A stretch of DNA of 24,412 bases from assembly GCA_041744215.1 (NCBI GenBank), contig JBGTLG010000010.1, positions 1 to 24,412 of the forward strand, given 5' to 3'. This stretch comes from Fimbriimonadales bacterium (GTDB lineage: Bacteria > Armatimonadota > Fimbriimonadia > Fimbriimonadales > ATM1). Shown here one piece after another: positions 9,016-17,772 of the stretch (position 1 is the stretch's first letter; every line of letters starts with the position of its first letter). Below the pieces are notes generated by a model that searched no databases, was not told the DNA's origin, and worked only from the letters and a program-made list of their open reading frames with translations. The position numbers and the translations under genes are program-made.

Positions 9016-9718
9016 GTTTGTCTACTTCCGTTTTCGCGAGCATCCGGCACTCGCCAGGCCGCAGTTTTCCGAGCGTAACTTGTCCAACTCGCGTCCTCTT
9101 CAAGGCCAGGACTGGCGCACCAATGATTCGCATCATTTCCCTGACTTGATGTTTGCGCCCTTCGTGTATCTCCATTTCGAGAGTCGTCCTGCGCTTCGTT
9201 GGATCGAATGAGTTTATTCGCACTTTCGCGGGGCTTGTGCGACGGCCGTCGTAGAAGACACCTTTGCGCAGACGATCCGCATGCTTTTCTGAAACTTCGC
9301 CCCGCGCTTCGATTAAGTAGGTTTTCCAAACTCCGTATCGCGGGTGAGTAAGCCGCGCGATCAGCTCGCCGTCATTTGTGAAGATGAGGAGTCCTTCCGT
9401 GTTGTAATCCAGTCTTCCTGCCGGCTTTACAACGACGTCATGATCTGGGAGCAGGTCCCTGACGGTGCGCCTCCCTTGCGGATCGTCCATCGTGGTGACG
9501 TACCCTTTGGGTTTGTACATTGCGAAGTAGATTAGCCTTGGCGGTGGAATCGTGCGCTTGCCAATTGAAACCCGATCAATCTCTGGGTCGATTTTTGCCC
9601 CAGTCTCACGCACGATGTCGCCGTTTACGCGGATTTTTCCGTCTGCTATGAGTTTTTTGCATTCACGGCGACTTGCGACGCCCGCCCTCGCGAGAAACTT
9701 TTGGAGCCTCTCATGCAT
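8981..9718 (-). CDS. rluB: 23S rRNA pseudouridine synthase (RluB/RsuA family)
   Basis: S4 domain ERLQKFLARAGVASRR, KPKGYVTT, catalytic GRLDYNTEGL, EGRKHQVR. Start ATG 9718. Synteny with scpAB. Confidence 0.92.
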   Translation of the reverse strand: MHERLQKFLARAGVASRRECKKLIADGKIRVNGDIVRETGAKIDPEIDRVSIGKRTIPPPRLIYFAMYKPKGYVTTMDDPQGRRTVRDLLPDHDVVVKPAGRLDYNTEGLLIFTNDGELIARLTHPRYGVWKTYLIEARGEVSEKHADRLRKGVFYDGRRTSPAKVRINSFDPTKRRTTLEMEIHEGRKHQVREMMRIIGAPVLALKRTRVGQVTLGKLRPGECRMLAKTEVDKLKRAAGIEAQS

Positions 9719-10883
9719 GGCGGACGGATCTCGTTGGCCGCTTGCGCGGTCTGCGCGCATAAAGGGTTAGCAAAGCCGCAACCGCTGCGCCCAACAGTAA
9801 TGGCCAACTGCCAAACCTCGCTGCAACAGATTCCGCAACCGTGGATGCTGCAAGGATTGGCGCTTCGATTTTGCTGCCATCATCCAGTTCGACTACGTAA
9901 CGACCGATCGTCTGACCTTCGCTCACGGGAGCACGAATAGGTTCGAGAATAATGTTTGGATCGCGACCCGCGCGGCCTCGCTGTTGCGCAAACGAGAGAT
10001 TTCTACCAAGTCGCCCCGCGACTTGCTGTTGGACACCGCCAGCCACGGATGCGTGCACGACGCTCTCTCCACGTGCGCCGACCTGCTTTCGCTCGAAATT
10101 CACGAACGCCCAATCGAAGAGGGTGCATGTGTCCTTTAGCCAATCCTCACTTTTCAGGACAACCGTGATAAGGCGCCAGCCGTTGTGAGTTTTCGCGCCA
10201 ACGAAGCAATGTCCCGCCGGGCGCGTGTAACCTGTCTTCACTCCTTCGCTTCCGGGAATCTCCAGAAATCGATTCTTGCTGTTAAGCACCTTGTCTTGCT
10301 GATTGATGGAGCGCTGGATTGTAGCGGTTTTTGCGCTGGCGGCCTGTTTGACTCGTTCGTTCTTGAGGGCTTCGCGCGTCATCACTGCAAGGTCATACGC
10401 TGTTGTCAGATGAATGGGGTCATTGAGGCCGTGCGGATTGTTGAATCGAGTGTTCTTCGCGCCAGCACTCCTGGCACGTTGGTTCATCATTTCGCTGAAC
10501 ATCGCTTGTGAGCCGGCGATATGGACTGCAACGGTGTACGCAGCGTCGTTTCCGCTGCGAATCAGCAGGGCGTACATCATGTCCTTCGATGAAACACGCT
10601 CGCCCGGCCGCAGGTTGAGGCTTGCTTCCTTGACGTCCTGTACGTTTTGTGGAGCGCGAATCACATCGTCCGGCTTTGTGCCTTCTGCGAGCAGCAGCGC
10701 AGTCATGATCTTTGTTGTGCTTGCGGGAAAACGCTGGACATGCTCGTCTTTCGCCCACAGCACTTGCCCTGTTTCGGCGTCCATGATAATGGCGCTCAAA
10801 GACTTGATCGGCGGCGCAGACATGCCTACGAGCGATGACTGCGGCACGGCTACAACAAGAAGACAAGTCAGTGCGGCGAGCAA
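9711..10883 (-). CDS. D-alanyl-D-alanine carboxypeptidase (peptidase S11)
   Basis: SxxK (PASTTKI), SGN, NPHGL and KTG motifs. N-terminal signal and C-terminal TM anchor. GAGGAG upstream of the TTG start. Confidence 0.93.
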   Translation of the reverse strand: MLAALTCLLVVAVPQSSLVGMSAPPIKSLSAIIMDAETGQVLWAKDEHVQRFPASTTKIMTALLLAEGTKPDDVIRAPQNVQDVKEASLNLRPGERVSSKDMMYALLIRSGNDAAYTVAVHIAGSQAMFSEMMNQRARSAGAKNTRFNNPHGLNDPIHLTTAYDLAVMTREALKNERVKQAASAKTATIQRSINQQDKVLNSKNRFLEIPGSEGVKTGYTRPAGHCFVGAKTHNGWRLITVVLKSEDWLKDTCTLFDWAFVNFERKQVGARGESVVHASVAGGVQQQVAGRLGRNLSFAQQRGRAGRDPNIILEPIRAPVSEGQTIGRYVVELDDGSKIEAPILAASTVAESVAARFGSWPLLLGAAVAALLTLYARRPRKRPTRSVRHA

Positions 10884-10885
10884 GG

Positions 10886-11413
10886 TTAGGTCAACTCCTC
10901 GAGCATCGGCTGCTCCTGAATTGGGGGCAATTCACTCAGGTCGGCGAGATTAAACTGGTGCAAGAACTGCTGTGTTGTGCGGTAGAGAATCGGTCGGCCG
11001 GGCGCTTGCTTTCGTTCGCTGTCTTCGACCAGGTCTTTCTCGATCAATGTTCGTAGCGCGTACTCGCTCTGCACTCCCCGAATGATTTGAATCTCTGCTG
11101 CAGTGATAGGTTGGCGATACGCGACGATTGCCAGCACCTCGAGCGCCGATCTGCCGAGTCGTTTCTTCTGCGGGTTTAAAAATCTCGCGACGGAATCAGC
11201 GTGTTCTTGCCGCGTACAAAGTTGGTAACCGCCCGCGATCCGCACCAGCTGTAGCCCGCTTCCCTGCTTCAATCGGGAGGCGAGGAGTTCGAGCGCCTGC
11301 TCGACCTCCGAATCAGTCGCTTCGGCCGCCAACGCAAGATCACGCAATGGCACCGGGGATTCTGCGACAAACAGCAAACACTCGACAGCCATCGCCAAGT
11401 CTTCTAGTATCAC
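10886..11413 (-). CDS. scpB: SMC-Scp complex subunit ScpB
   Basis: VECLLF, IAGGYQL, ALEVLAIVAYRQPIT, IRGV, PGRPILYRTT..FL..F.L..LSELP. Start GTG 11413 overlaps the scpA TGA. Confidence 0.95.
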   Translation of the reverse strand: MILEDLAMAVECLLFVAESPVPLRDLALAAEATDSEVEQALELLASRLKQGSGLQLVRIAGGYQLCTRQEHADSVARFLNPQKKRLGRSALEVLAIVAYRQPITAAEIQIIRGVQSEYALRTLIEKDLVEDSERKQAPGRPILYRTTQQFLHQFNLADLSELPPIQEQPMLEELT

Positions 11414-12177
11414 TCGTTCGCCTTCAAGCGCAAGCAAACTTCTTCCTCCTGGATTTTGATGCCGATCTGACCGACGCGGACGAGTTCGAGCACCGCAAGA
11501 AAGACGAACACGACATCCAATCGGGTGTACCCTTCTTCCAAAAGATGCTCGAAGCCGCCCTCCCCGCCGCGCGACCGCAGTCGAGATAGGCAAGCGGACA
11601 TCACCTCGGCCAGCGACGGGCGCGGGCGTCCGAGGGGTTTGACATCCATGGGCGCAGCCTTCTCGAGCAGCCGCTCGAGGGCCTTGGCGAGGTGCCGTGT
11701 GGTTAGATTGCTTAGGTCGAGCGGTGGCTCGACGATGTCATCGACCCCACCTGCCCTGAAAAACATCTTGTTCCGCTCTGCATGGCGAATCTCAAGGTCG
11801 TCGATGGCTTGGGCGAACTCGTGGGCCGTCGGCTCGGGAAGCTCGGGAATCTCCTGGGGCGGCGGCGGGTCGGCAATTGGCAGAAGCGCCCACGCCTTTC
11901 GCTCGACCAGATAAGCAAGAGCAAGCAATGCCGCTCCGGCAGCGTCAACGTCTTCAAGCCTGATCTCACCCAGGTACTCGATGTACGCCTGGCAGACAGG
12001 CGTCAAGGGGATGCCGGTCAAATCGACCCTTCCGTCCCGGGCCAAATGAAAGAGTGTGGCGAGAGACCCACAGAATTGCGGCGCAGCATCGATGTGAATC
12101 GGCGGCGGGACCGCGATCCCGGCTGGGGAGATGGATTCGGGTTGAGGCTTCGGCTTGCTCATTGTGCGCGTCGCCAT
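11410..12177 (-). CDS. scpA: Segregation and condensation protein A (kleisin), divergent
   Basis: F.GSL..LFHL.....VDL..IPL..VCQAY and C-terminal VFVFLAVLELVR.GQI.IKIQ. Directly upstream of scpB. Alternative start at ATG 12162. Confidence 0.88.
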   Translation of the reverse strand: MATRTMSKPKPQPESISPAGIAVPPPIHIDAAPQFCGSLATLFHLARDGRVDLTGIPLTPVCQAYIEYLGEIRLEDVDAAGAALLALAYLVERKAWALLPIADPPPPQEIPELPEPTAHEFAQAIDDLEIRHAERNKMFFRAGGVDDIVEPPLDLSNLTTRHLAKALERLLEKAAPMDVKPLGRPRPSLAEVMSACLSRLRSRGGEGGFEHLLEEGYTRLDVVFVFLAVLELVRVGQIGIKIQEEEVCLRLKANE

Positions 12178-12210
12178 ACAGCATAGGTTGGCCGCGTCAG
12201 TGCGGCAACT

Positions 12211-12286
12211 TGGAGGCGCCGAGCGGATTCGAACCGCTGAATGAGGGTTTTGCAGACCCTTCCCTTAGCCACTTGGGTACGGCGCC
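12211..12286 (-). tRNA. tRNA-Cys (GCA)
   Basis: Minus strand GGCGCCGTACCCAAGTGGCTAAGGGAAGGGTCTGCAAAACCCTCATTCAGCGGTTCGAATCCGCTCGGCGCCTCCA: full cloverleaf, anticodon GCA, U73 discriminator, encoded CCA. Confidence 0.98.
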
Positions 12287-12380
12287 CCGGGCAATGAGTT
12301 ATACCCCGGGGGCGGCTGATTTGAGTTCGAAAACGTCTCGTTTAGCGGTAGGATAGCCAATCGCAAGAGTGGGTCGGACG

Positions 12381-13961
12381 ATGTCAATGAGTTCTGAACG
12401 CAGAGAGAGACTAGACCTAACCTCGCCGTGGCTAATCGTCGGCCTGCTGGCAGCCACGACAATTCTCCACATCTTGCTTGCCTTTCGATTCCCAATGGCG
12501 CCAGACGAGACGTACTATTGGGAATGGAGCCGTCGGCTCGATTGGGGTTACTACGACCAGGGCCCGATGATCGCGTGGGCGATTCGCGCGTCGTGCTCGC
12601 TCCTCGGCGACACGGAAATCGGCATTCGGATGACCGCCGTGCTTGCGTCGCTGATTGGCCAGATCTTCCTTTACTTTTTCACGAAGGATCTGTTCGGGAG
12701 ACGGATTGCGTTCATCTCGCTGCTACCCATTTCTGTCACACCTGTCGCCCTGGCAAGCGGATTTTTGGCAACTTACGATCCAATCGTTGTCATGTTTTGG
12801 TCGATTGCGCTCTACTTCCTCTCCCGCGCAGTCTTCTACAAGCAGCCGTGGGCGTGGATATGGGTCGGGTTCGCCTTGGGACTGGGAGCGCTAAGCAAGT
12901 ACACGATGTTCTTCTTTTTGCCGTGCTTGGCGCTGTACCTCCTAAGCACTTCTGAGCATCGCGCCGCACTGCGCAGCCCGCATATCTGGATGGGACTCAT
13001 AATCGGCGGGCTGATTCTTGCACCGAACATCTGGTGGCTCTCGCAGCATGACTGGATAACGCTAGCGCACATCGATCAACTCACAGCAAGCCGAGCCACG
13101 CGGCCTGTCATCGCAAGAATGGGAGACTATATCGGCTCCCAGGTGGCGATCCTCACGCCGATCGTCTTTGCGCTCGCTGTTATCAGCCTGATCTGGACAG
13201 CGAAGCGACAAGGCAGCTCTCGCAACAATCGAACATGGCTATTGTTTTGCTTTTCCGTGCCCATTCTTGTCTTCGTTTTCTTGGAGACCTTTCGCGGGAC
13301 AGTCCTCGGCAATTGGCCTATTCTCGGCTGGATCACCGCTCCAGCCGCGATCGCAGTGTGGATGGAGTCGGTTCGCGAGCATCGAGATCAATATCGCAAG
13401 CGAGCGATCGCCTACATCTCATCGTTGGCCCTCGCAGCTGTCGCGTCACTTGTCATGGTGTTTCCAGAATCCCTGCGTGCGGTTGGCATAAGGACGCCTG
13501 TGGAGTGGAGCAAACTCGTAAATCGATTCTGGGGGGGGAGGGAGTTGGCAGAAGCGGTTGAGAGAGCGCATGGTGAGATGGTATCAGAAGTCGGAGGAGC
13601 CGTCGCTATCGGCGGCACGCACTACGATACATCAGGAAGGCTCGCTTTCTATTTGGAAGGCAACCCAGAAACGATGTGCCTCTTCTTAGGGACACGCCTA
13701 AACCAATACATATACTGGAACCACAAAAACGCTCCGCAATCGGGAGGAGCGATGCTTGTAGTCGGCGATTATCCTTTCGACGACCCTCGACGACCACCTT
13801 ACGAGCAGATCTTCGATCGCGTCGAGTCGATCGATCCGCCGGTAGACATCTTTCGTCGACCGCTTTTCGACGAGCCAGTTCGGAAGTACTACCTCTATCG
13901 GTGCTACGGATTCAGAATGGACGAGTCGGCCATCTCTCCGAGGCTGTCCCCCAACCGCTAA
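12381..13961 (+). CDS. ArnT/PMT-like (GT39/GT83, GT-C fold) membrane glycosyltransferase
   Basis: PDETYYWEWSRRLDWGYYDQGP, many TM segments, GALSKYT, APNIWW. Start is 12369, 12381 or 12387. Confidence 0.9.
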   Translation: MSMSSERRERLDLTSPWLIVGLLAATTILHILLAFRFPMAPDETYYWEWSRRLDWGYYDQGPMIAWAIRASCSLLGDTEIGIRMTAVLASLIGQIFLYFFTKDLFGRRIAFISLLPISVTPVALASGFLATYDPIVVMFWSIALYFLSRAVFYKQPWAWIWVGFALGLGALSKYTMFFFLPCLALYLLSTSEHRAALRSPHIWMGLIIGGLILAPNIWWLSQHDWITLAHIDQLTASRATRPVIARMGDYIGSQVAILTPIVFALAVISLIWTAKRQGSSRNNRTWLLFCFSVPILVFVFLETFRGTVLGNWPILGWITAPAAIAVWMESVREHRDQYRKRAIAYISSLALAAVASLVMVFPESLRAVGIRTPVEWSKLVNRFWGGRELAEAVERAHGEMVSEVGGAVAIGGTHYDTSGRLAFYLEGNPETMCLFLGTRLNQYIYWNHKNAPQSGGAMLVVGDYPFDDPRRPPYEQIFDRVESIDPPVDIFRRPLFDEPVRKYYLYRCYGFRMDESAISPRLSPNR

Positions 13962-14698
13962 GCAGGTGCGTGCTCGTAGTGCTCGCTCGCTACCTGAGTC
14001 AACGTGCTGAAGTGCGTGCTTTTGTTCCGTAAGTGAACGATCAGCGCATCAAGCGCATCGACACAGTCCATGTAGTCACGCATTCCTACGCAAAAGACAT
14101 TCTGGCTTTCGCATTGATCGAGGATTGTTCGGACTTCGTCGATGCCCTTGTCGAGGTAGGCGTACTTTCCGTCAGCGCATGTGACCGGAACCGATAAGAC
14201 TTTGCTCGTCCCTTCCTTGCGTACGTCTTCGTAGTTTGGATGGTAGGGGTCAACGGGACCGCCTGTCCAGTCGACGAACATCTTGTAGTCGCTTCCGCTG
14301 ACCGAACTTGAATCCACGAGGATGCCCGCTTCCTCCAAATAGGCAAGGTCCGTTTCTTTGAGTGCGAAGCACCCCGCGCGGAAGCTGGTTGCTTTCACGC
14401 GATGGGATTTCAACACGTCTCTCGCGATGTTGATGATGTTGCCGCGCTCTTTCGGATCCTCAACATAACCGCGGTCATTTTCAAAGTAAACGTTCATCCC
14501 GACTTCGTGCCAGCTGGGAATCTTGTGAAAATACTCTTTGTAATAAAGGTTTGTGTTTGCTGATGGGTCGAGTTCTGAGATATGAATCAGCCAAGTAATC
14601 GGAACGAAGTGCTTTTCAGAGAGTTTGATGATGTCGTTCGTGTAGCATCGATCGTGGTGGGCGGCTTTGCAGTCCACCGTTAGGGCAACCGTGTGCAT
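13958..14698 (-). CDS. Polysaccharide deacetylase (CE4/NodB)-like protein with atypical motifs
   Basis: ALTVD, PITW, HEVG, SFRAGCF and VDSS follow the order of NodB-fold motifs. Starts 3 nt after the GH65 stop. Confidence 0.6.
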   Translation of the reverse strand: MHTVALTVDCKAAHHDRCYTNDIIKLSEKHFVPITWLIHISELDPSANTNLYYKEYFHKIPSWHEVGMNVYFENDRGYVEDPKERGNIINIARDVLKSHRVKATSFRAGCFALKETDLAYLEEAGILVDSSSVSGSDYKMFVDWTGGPVDPYHPNYEDVRKEGTSKVLSVPVTCADGKYAYLDKGIDEVRTILDQCESQNVFCVGMRDYMDCVDALDALIVHLRNKSTHFSTLTQVASEHYEHAPA

Positions 14699-14701
14699 TC
14701 T

Positions 14702-16723
14702 TTATTCACCTCCGGGGAGTATTTCCGCTCCGTCGTGCGTTGCCCGAATTGTAATGACCTCACCGAGAAGGCGGACGTTTTTGAACGTGATGCTCTTCCA
14801 AGCAGGAGGCAGGTTGGGGCGAACAGCGAGGCGGTATCCATTTAGCAAGGGTTTCGACGCCGGCGGGCTCTCTCCTCCATTCTTCTCAATATGAACTCCA
14901 AGAAAACCGTAGATCACAGACTGGAGACAGCCGGCGGCGCCGGTTGCGAAGTATACGTCATTTGTGGCCCTCCTTTCGCTAAAAAGCATGAATTCGGGCC
15001 GAACAAACGGTCGCCATGAATCCTGCCAAATGGCGTAGGCCTCCGATTTTCGCCCAAGCCGAGCCGCGATGACCGCGTGGATGCTGTCGCTCATTGCAGG
15101 CCCCGAGAGGGATGTTCGCGTCTTGTATCGATCGAAAAAAGCCTCTTGAGTGTCCCTAGAAAAAGGCCACTCGATGGGATACAGGGCGAGAAGCGCCGCG
15201 GCCTGTTGGTATCCCCTGATTGGGTCGTCGTCGAAGGTAAGCGGAATCCCTTTCGAATCAAGAGGAATTCTCACTCGTGCGAGGTCGGTAGTCAGGGCGC
15301 CGAGATAACTCCGGTGATCAGGTGATAACGCGAAGCCTGCTCTAATCGCCAAAAGGTTCGTGACCAGGTCGTTGTTGCGCAGCCGACCTTCGTCTGGGCT
15401 GGTGACACCGAGAATGTGAAGAGACCCACTTCGCTCGACGGCACGATCTCGATAGAACTCTGCAACGCTCCGCAAGACCGGGTAGGCGGCTGACTCTTCT
15501 GTCAGGCCCATCGCAACGGCGCGCTCGAGCCACCAGCTGACCCAGCCAGCGACATGGATCGCCTCACGGAAGGCCGGTGGGGTGAGATCCTCGCCGATGG
15601 AGCCAGCTTCCCAAGGGACGCGAGCATCGACATCTGTGACAGACAGTCTCCACTCCGTAGCAGCCTTGGCGGCGGCGGGGCGAATCAGCGAGTACACGGG
15701 GAGCATCCATGCCTCGGCATCCCAGAAACGATGGCCTTGGTACTTTTCGCTGCTCAGCGCCATAGGTGGCATTTTCGAGGTGGGAGACATATAAAGATAG
15801 AAGAGCAGCGAGCGTATCGCTTGTTGATCTTCCACAGGGCCTTCGATCTCAATGTCTGTTTGCCAGCGATCGCTCCACACCTCGCTCGATTCCGCGAGGT
15901 TCTCGTCGAGCCAGCGCGGAGGCCCTGAACCGATGCCCGACGTTGTTTCGAACGTCGAGGTCCCGCTGGGTATGCCGCCCTCGAACAAGTAGCCGCGGCC
16001 GTCTTGGCCCTTTTTGGGGCTTTCACGTGATGCACGCCAAGCCCCCGTAAGATTCTCGCTGAGCCTGGAGCGAAATGTGACAATCACGTCTGCCGGCGGC
16101 GAAAGGCTGCGCACCTCCCCAGCGGACACGCGAGTCGTCGGGCACGAATAGGAGAATTCGCTCCAATCCCCTGAATTGCTCTCCACCGGGTTCGCCAATC
16201 CTGTCGGCACTCCTATCCAGATTTGAACAGACTTTGGTGAGCTTGCTTCGAAAGTGACCCTCTGCGAAACAATAGGCGCATCGGCGCCAACAAGCGTTTC
16301 AACGGCAACTGTGACTCCTTGAGAAACCATCTTTGACCGAAGCTTGCCAGTTCGGAAGTCAAGGACTGATTCGAAAGTGTCGGGTCCAGATGGCATCAGC
16401 GGTTGTCCGTTGATCCAAATCTGCATTGCGGCTGGGTGCGGAACTCGGAGGAGTGAATTGTTCGACATCAGGAACGCAGGGAGAAGCGTGCCGTCGGGGC
16501 TGGTCCCGAGCCCGGTGTGACCAATTCGGATACCGAGCCTCGAGTTCCCAAGGTAAGCGGTTGGGCCAACCGCAGAATTGCTGATGGCTGACCAGGGATC
16601 GGGCTTGACTACAGGTTGAGCCTGCGCCGGTGCCGCATCTTTCTGAGTCGCTTTGCCACAAGCGGCTCCAAGTGATACAACCACCATACACACGGCAGCA
16701 ACGAGGCGCGACGTCGGGCTCAT
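14702..16723 (-). CDS. Glycoside hydrolase family 65 lipoprotein (PGGHG/acid trehalase-like)
   Basis: Lipobox-like LGAAC; YQGHRFWDAEAWMLP, PDE, GPAMS.SI, FATGAAGCLQSVIYGF, PNLPPAW. Confidence 0.85.
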   Translation of the reverse strand: MSPTSRLVAAVCMVVVSLGAACGKATQKDAAPAQAQPVVKPDPWSAISNSAVGPTAYLGNSRLGIRIGHTGLGTSPDGTLLPAFLMSNNSLLRVPHPAAMQIWINGQPLMPSGPDTFESVLDFRTGKLRSKMVSQGVTVAVETLVGADAPIVSQRVTFEASSPKSVQIWIGVPTGLANPVESNSGDWSEFSYSCPTTRVSAGEVRSLSPPADVIVTFRSRLSENLTGAWRASRESPKKGQDGRGYLFEGGIPSGTSTFETTSGIGSGPPRWLDENLAESSEVWSDRWQTDIEIEGPVEDQQAIRSLLFYLYMSPTSKMPPMALSSEKYQGHRFWDAEAWMLPVYSLIRPAAAKAATEWRLSVTDVDARVPWEAGSIGEDLTPPAFREAIHVAGWVSWWLERAVAMGLTEESAAYPVLRSVAEFYRDRAVERSGSLHILGVTSPDEGRLRNNDLVTNLLAIRAGFALSPDHRSYLGALTTDLARVRIPLDSKGIPLTFDDDPIRGYQQAAALLALYPIEWPFSRDTQEAFFDRYKTRTSLSGPAMSDSIHAVIAARLGRKSEAYAIWQDSWRPFVRPEFMLFSERRATNDVYFATGAAGCLQSVIYGFLGVHIEKNGGESPPASKPLLNGYRLAVRPNLPPAWKSITFKNVRLLGEVITIRATHDGAEILPGGE

Positions 16724-16736
16724 CTTCGGATTCTAC
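16724..16736 (-). promoter_or_regulatory. Putative leaderless -10 element (GTAGAAT-N6-ATG) overlapping the trxB stop codon
   Basis: Minus strand reads TTGTAGAAT CCGAAG ATG. Confidence 0.5.
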
Positions 16737-17680
16737 AACGCGTGGGCTTCTAAGAACCGCTCTGCCTCGATCGCTGCCATGCATCCCGTTCCCGCTGCTG
16801 TAACTGCCTGGCGATAGACATGATCCATGACATCACCGCACGCAAACACGCCGTCGATTTTTGTCGTCGTGCTGTGAGGGTTCGTCATTAGGTACCCGTT
16901 TTCGTCGGTTTCAAGCCACTTTGTGAAGAGGTCGCTGTTTGGTTTGTGTCCAATCGCGATAAAAACGCCGTCAATCGGCATCTCCCAAGTCCTAGTATCA
17001 GTCGTGCTGTTGAGTCTAACGCTGGTTACCTTGCGGACCGGGTCGACCGTGCCGACGACTTCGGAGACTTCCGCATTCCAAATGAATTCTATCTTTTCAT
17101 TCGCTAATGCGCGATCCTGCATGATCTTGCTCGCGCGCAACTGATCTCGCCGATGGACGACATACACTTTGCTTGCATGGCGCGTCAAATAGTTTGCCTC
17201 CTCCATCGCGGTGTCTCCGCCGCCTACTACAACAACCTCTTTCCCGCGAAAGAAAAAGCCGTCGCACGTTGCGCACGCGCTCACCCCATATCCGCCAAAC
17301 TCCTTCTCACCGGGCGCGCCGGTCCACTTGGCGTCTGCTCCTGTCGCGACGATGACCGTCGCTGCACGTATCTCGCCTTCATCGGAACGAACTCTGAAAG
17401 GTCGCTCGGAGAAATCAACTTCCGTCACCAGCTTGTCAATGACGCGCGTCCCGAATCGCTCTGACTGCTCCCGAAACAGCGCCATCAGCTCGGGGCCGAG
17501 AATTCCATTGGGAAAGCCTGGATAGTTTTCGACATCGGTAGTGATCATCAATTGGCCGCCGGGTTGCAGGCCAGAAAAGAGGACAGGCGACAGATTCGCT
17601 CTGCCAGCATAAAGTCCGGCCGTGTAGCCGGCCGGACCTGATCCAATGATGACAACGTTCTCCACTGCAGATGGGCTCAT
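16733..17680 (-). CDS. trxB: Thioredoxin-disulfide reductase
   Basis: IIGSGPAGYTA, GGQL, VENYPGF, CATCDGFF, VGGGDTA.EEA, HRRD, YRQAVTAAGTG. Confidence 0.97.
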   Translation of the reverse strand: MSPSAVENVVIIGSGPAGYTAGLYAGRANLSPVLFSGLQPGGQLMITTDVENYPGFPNGILGPELMALFREQSERFGTRVIDKLVTEVDFSERPFRVRSDEGEIRAATVIVATGADAKWTGAPGEKEFGGYGVSACATCDGFFFRGKEVVVVGGGDTAMEEANYLTRHASKVYVVHRRDQLRASKIMQDRALANEKIEFIWNAEVSEVVGTVDPVRKVTSVRLNSTTDTRTWEMPIDGVFIAIGHKPNSDLFTKWLETDENGYLMTNPHSTTTKIDGVFACGDVMDHVYRQAVTAAGTGCMAAIEAERFLEAHAL

Positions 17681-17715
17681 GAGATGACTTTACTCAACTC
17701 TGAAGATCCTGGCAA
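17681..17715 (-). promoter_or_regulatory. Putative sigma-70 promoter of trxB, leaderless: TTGCCA-N17-TAAAGT-N6-ATG
   Basis: -35 TTGCCA at 17715-17710, -10 TAAAGT at 17692-17687, ATG at 17680. Confidence 0.6.
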
Positions 17716-17746
17716 AGCTCCTTGCTTTGCTACTCGCGACGAAAGG

Positions 17747-17761
17747 TGGCACGCGACTTGC
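17747..17761 (+). promoter_or_regulatory. Putative sigma-54 (-24/-12) promoter
   Basis: TGGCACGCGACTTGC matches the TGGCACG-N4-TTGC consensus with exact GG-N10-GC spacing; intergenic position. Confidence 0.7.
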
Positions 17762-17772
17762 GATTCGGTGCC

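Noticed and set aside
11414-11593. N-terminal extensions given by the ORF track for scpB (also EEP 7505, rluB 9760, gcvT 20640)
   Set aside because: They overlap neighbouring genes and lack family-like sequence; better downstream starts exist.
12211-12240. tRNA-Cys as an integration site for an island
   Set aside because: No duplicated tRNA 3' end and no integrase seen; housekeeping scpA follows directly.
12284-12313. CCCCGGG repeats flanking the tRNA -10 region
   Set aside because: Short, GC-only and imperfect; likely chance.
17710-17725. Second sigma-54-like site TGGCAAAGCTCCTTGC
   Set aside because: GG-N11-GC spacing is one base too long for sigma-54.
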